A stretch of 64,000 nucleotides of DNA from an uncultured virus (IMG/VR IMGVR_UViG_3300029288_000003) (taxonomy: Duplodnaviria > Heunggongvirae > Uroviricota > Caudoviricetes). The DNA is taken from IMG/VR virus record IMGVR_UViG_3300029288_000003; one strand, written 5' to 3'. Below, one piece after another: positions 61,842 through 64,000 of this stretch (position 1 is the first letter of the stretch; each line of letters opens with the position of its first letter). Below the pieces are notes generated by a model. That model made no database searches. It saw only the letters and a list, made by a program, of their open reading frames with translations, and was not told where the DNA came from. A program made the translations under genes and the position numbers.

Positions 61842-63445
61842 TAGACCCCGAAAAAACCGCCGAAAAAATCCTAGCTAGTTGTCAGTCTGATAGCGACATA
61901 GCACAAGAGCTAGGATTGTCGCCCGATGCTATAGCTATCATCCGCGCAGCGTATGACATTGGGCGGGATGATGGCATGGTAGAAGAATCTAGCGGGTGGG
62001 GGCGATAGTGGCAAGCTACAAGCATAGCAACGGTCGGCTAGTCCATCGGCGGGGCGGTAGGTTTCGCGTATCGACCCTTGCCGATATTGGCCTTGCCGTA
62101 TGTTCTGTTTGCGGCAAGCTATATGCCCCTGATTTTAGCGACATAGCGGGTGTGGTCGATCCCCGCATTATCAAGGATCGACAAACAACCTGCCCGGATT
62201 GCCGAAAATGAAACGATACCTAATTTTGCTGGGGTGTGTATCCGCTATGGTGTGTAGTTGTGGGCTATTGTGGCAATACCCCATGTGGTGTAGTGTTGTA
62301 TCATTCTGGTTAGGGGCGATATACGCCACCCTACAGTATGGGAGATAGTATGTCGTTTGTGGTAGTCAATCTGTTATCTGCCCTGATTTACTTGCTTGTA
62401 GTGGGTGTACCGCTTTGTCTACTTGGAGGGGTGCTAGGGGCTATGATAGTCGGGCTGATTAAATCGCTACGCTAGTTGCCCTTTGCTCGATTTAATGCCG
62501 GAAATGGCCGTTTTTATTTGCTCGGTTTTGCCGATTGTCGGGGTCGAATCGACCCGATTAAAGTGTAGTCAAAATGATGGCGCTATATTGTAGTCAATAT
62601 GATACACCCAAACGGGTTATGGGTTCGCGTGTTCTGATAATGCGAATAATACCTTGTGTATGGATACGGAGGGTGCGGAGGATAGCAACAGTGGGGACGG
62701 CTGGTTGCTTGTTGGTGGTTATAACGGATGTGCGGTGTCTCGCTCCTCGCGCAATGGAGCAATGGAAAAACCCTAAGAAATGTTAAAATCGTTAGACAAG
62801 CTACAATCCATACACTTATTACCACTGTTATAAACGCATATTGTTCTATTTATATGGATTATATGGGTCAAATACGGTTGTATCAAGCGTGTCGATTGTC
62901 GCAAGTGGGCTGATTGTCGGGGTCATACCGGGTCTAGGCGGAATATACGGTACAATACATACAAACATTCGTGACCCCGACAATCGTTATACATACTACA
63001 TGCTTACATGCTTAGCATATTCGTTATAATAGTAATGATCGTTATAACAGTTACCTATGTATCTATGTATGGATTGTAGTATGTATGCAGGTTGTGTGTA
63101 GTATGTGTGATGTAACATACATACAGACTACATGCAACATACTGGTTATAGGGGGTATAGTATATTTAATAAATAAAATAAATATATTATTTATTCTAAT
63201 AATACAGTATATGCCCTATATCATACATGGTGCGAGCGTGTCGGTTGTCGGGGTGGGGATGACTGGGAGGGTCAAATTGATTGTAGTGAGTCTGACGATT
63301 ATAACGATTCCTCCGGCCGCTGTTCTGACTGGCGTAGTAGTCAAAAATAGGTCTCTAACGCGGCAATTCGCCAATTTTAAAGAAAATCGTCAATTTATGA
63401 CGAGTTAAAAAGATATAACTGCTTATCCGCTAAGTAGTTATAGAT

Positions 63446-63841
63446 TTGAAATGCATAATTGAAACGCAAAAAGCTATTTATGCCTTTTTAATTTCGCCGA
63501 ACGAATGCACACCCCCCGGACTTAACTTTACGTTTCAATTGACACAAACTACAGGCTGGTAAGGGTTTAAAGCAGGCTCTCACGCACACTTAGGGCAGAT
63601 TGAAACTCAAATATATATTTCTCACGAGGAAAAGTTTTACTACGCGAGAGAAAATATATTTTTGTATATAAGGGAGATGTTTCCAGGGACAAAAGCATAC
63701 ATTTGCGTTTCAATTAGAAACCCGGCGTCCCAAGTCCAGGGCAGGTAGCTTGTTAGGAATTGAAACGCAAAGATAAAACCCTCATTTTGGCGAAATCGCG
63801 CCCTCAAAAACACAGGTATGCGTTTCAATTATGCATTTCAA
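63446..63841. repeat. 23-bp perfect inverted repeat enclosing further ATTGAAAC/GTTTCAAT boxes
   Basis: TTGAAATGCATAATTGAAACGCA (63446-63468) vs TGCGTTTCAATTATGCATTTCAA (63819-63841). Confidence 0.85.
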
Positions 63842-64000
63842 TCACAGTCCCATACGTCCCTGTACGTTTGAGTTTTATTAAACGCGACCATATTTGAGGG
63901 CATGTTGCTTGTTCGGGAGTGACCTTATGATTATTCACTATCATTCCAAGCCGCTTGTATAAAGTGCTTATGGCTATATTACCACATGCCTGATGATGCA

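Larger units (their letters stand above)
41013..63256. repeat. dispersed TT(G/A)TCGGGGTCA motif family, about 21 intergenic copies
   Basis: Copies at 41013, 42967, 43006r, 46525, 46557r, 46584, 46688r, 50516, 50549r, 56200, 56261, 56300, 56411r, 56839, 57317, 59011, 59048r, 62535, 62914, 62971r, 63245. Confidence 0.9.

Noticed and set aside
62574..63828. Short ORFs in the terminal region
   Set aside because: Low-complexity translations, no SD or promoter support, overlap repeat boxes
63446..63841. ATTGAAAC boxes as CRISPR repeat ends
   Set aside because: Alternating orientation, irregular spacing and no full-length direct repeat

Overview
64 kb of a large dsDNA bacteriophage-like genome. 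It has no structural genes, and nearly all genes are on the + strand, tightly packed, in the standard genetic code. A TatA of the LLFGNRLPSVM type and several secreted enzymes suggest a Planctomycetota-like host (inference). Left part (1-40 kb): DNA ligase, nuclease, three DNA methyltransferase genes, nucleotide-salvage and envelope-related auxiliary genes, a 7+1 member F[WY]GGPP paralog family, seven tRNAs, an RNA ligase and a Ro60/Rsr (TROVE) gene. Ro60 is preceded by three tandem 70-nt-period RNAs with the Y-RNA/stem-bulge-RNA architecture and variable loops, two of them anticodon-like; this is the most striking signal. Right part (40-64 kb) looks like an early/terminal region made of promoter-genes-terminator cassettes separated by about 21 copies of a TTRTCGGGGTCA motif. 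It holds a tmRNA, several ORF-free structured transcription units, four Cys-rich amidoligase paralogs with a class II glutamine amidotransferase, a duplicated divergent-promoter module and long palindromes. About 28 + strand sigma70-type promoters, mostly with a 16-bp spacer, were read by eye; about 12 drive apparently leaderless mRNAs. All calls are by-eye motif recognition; no searches were run.
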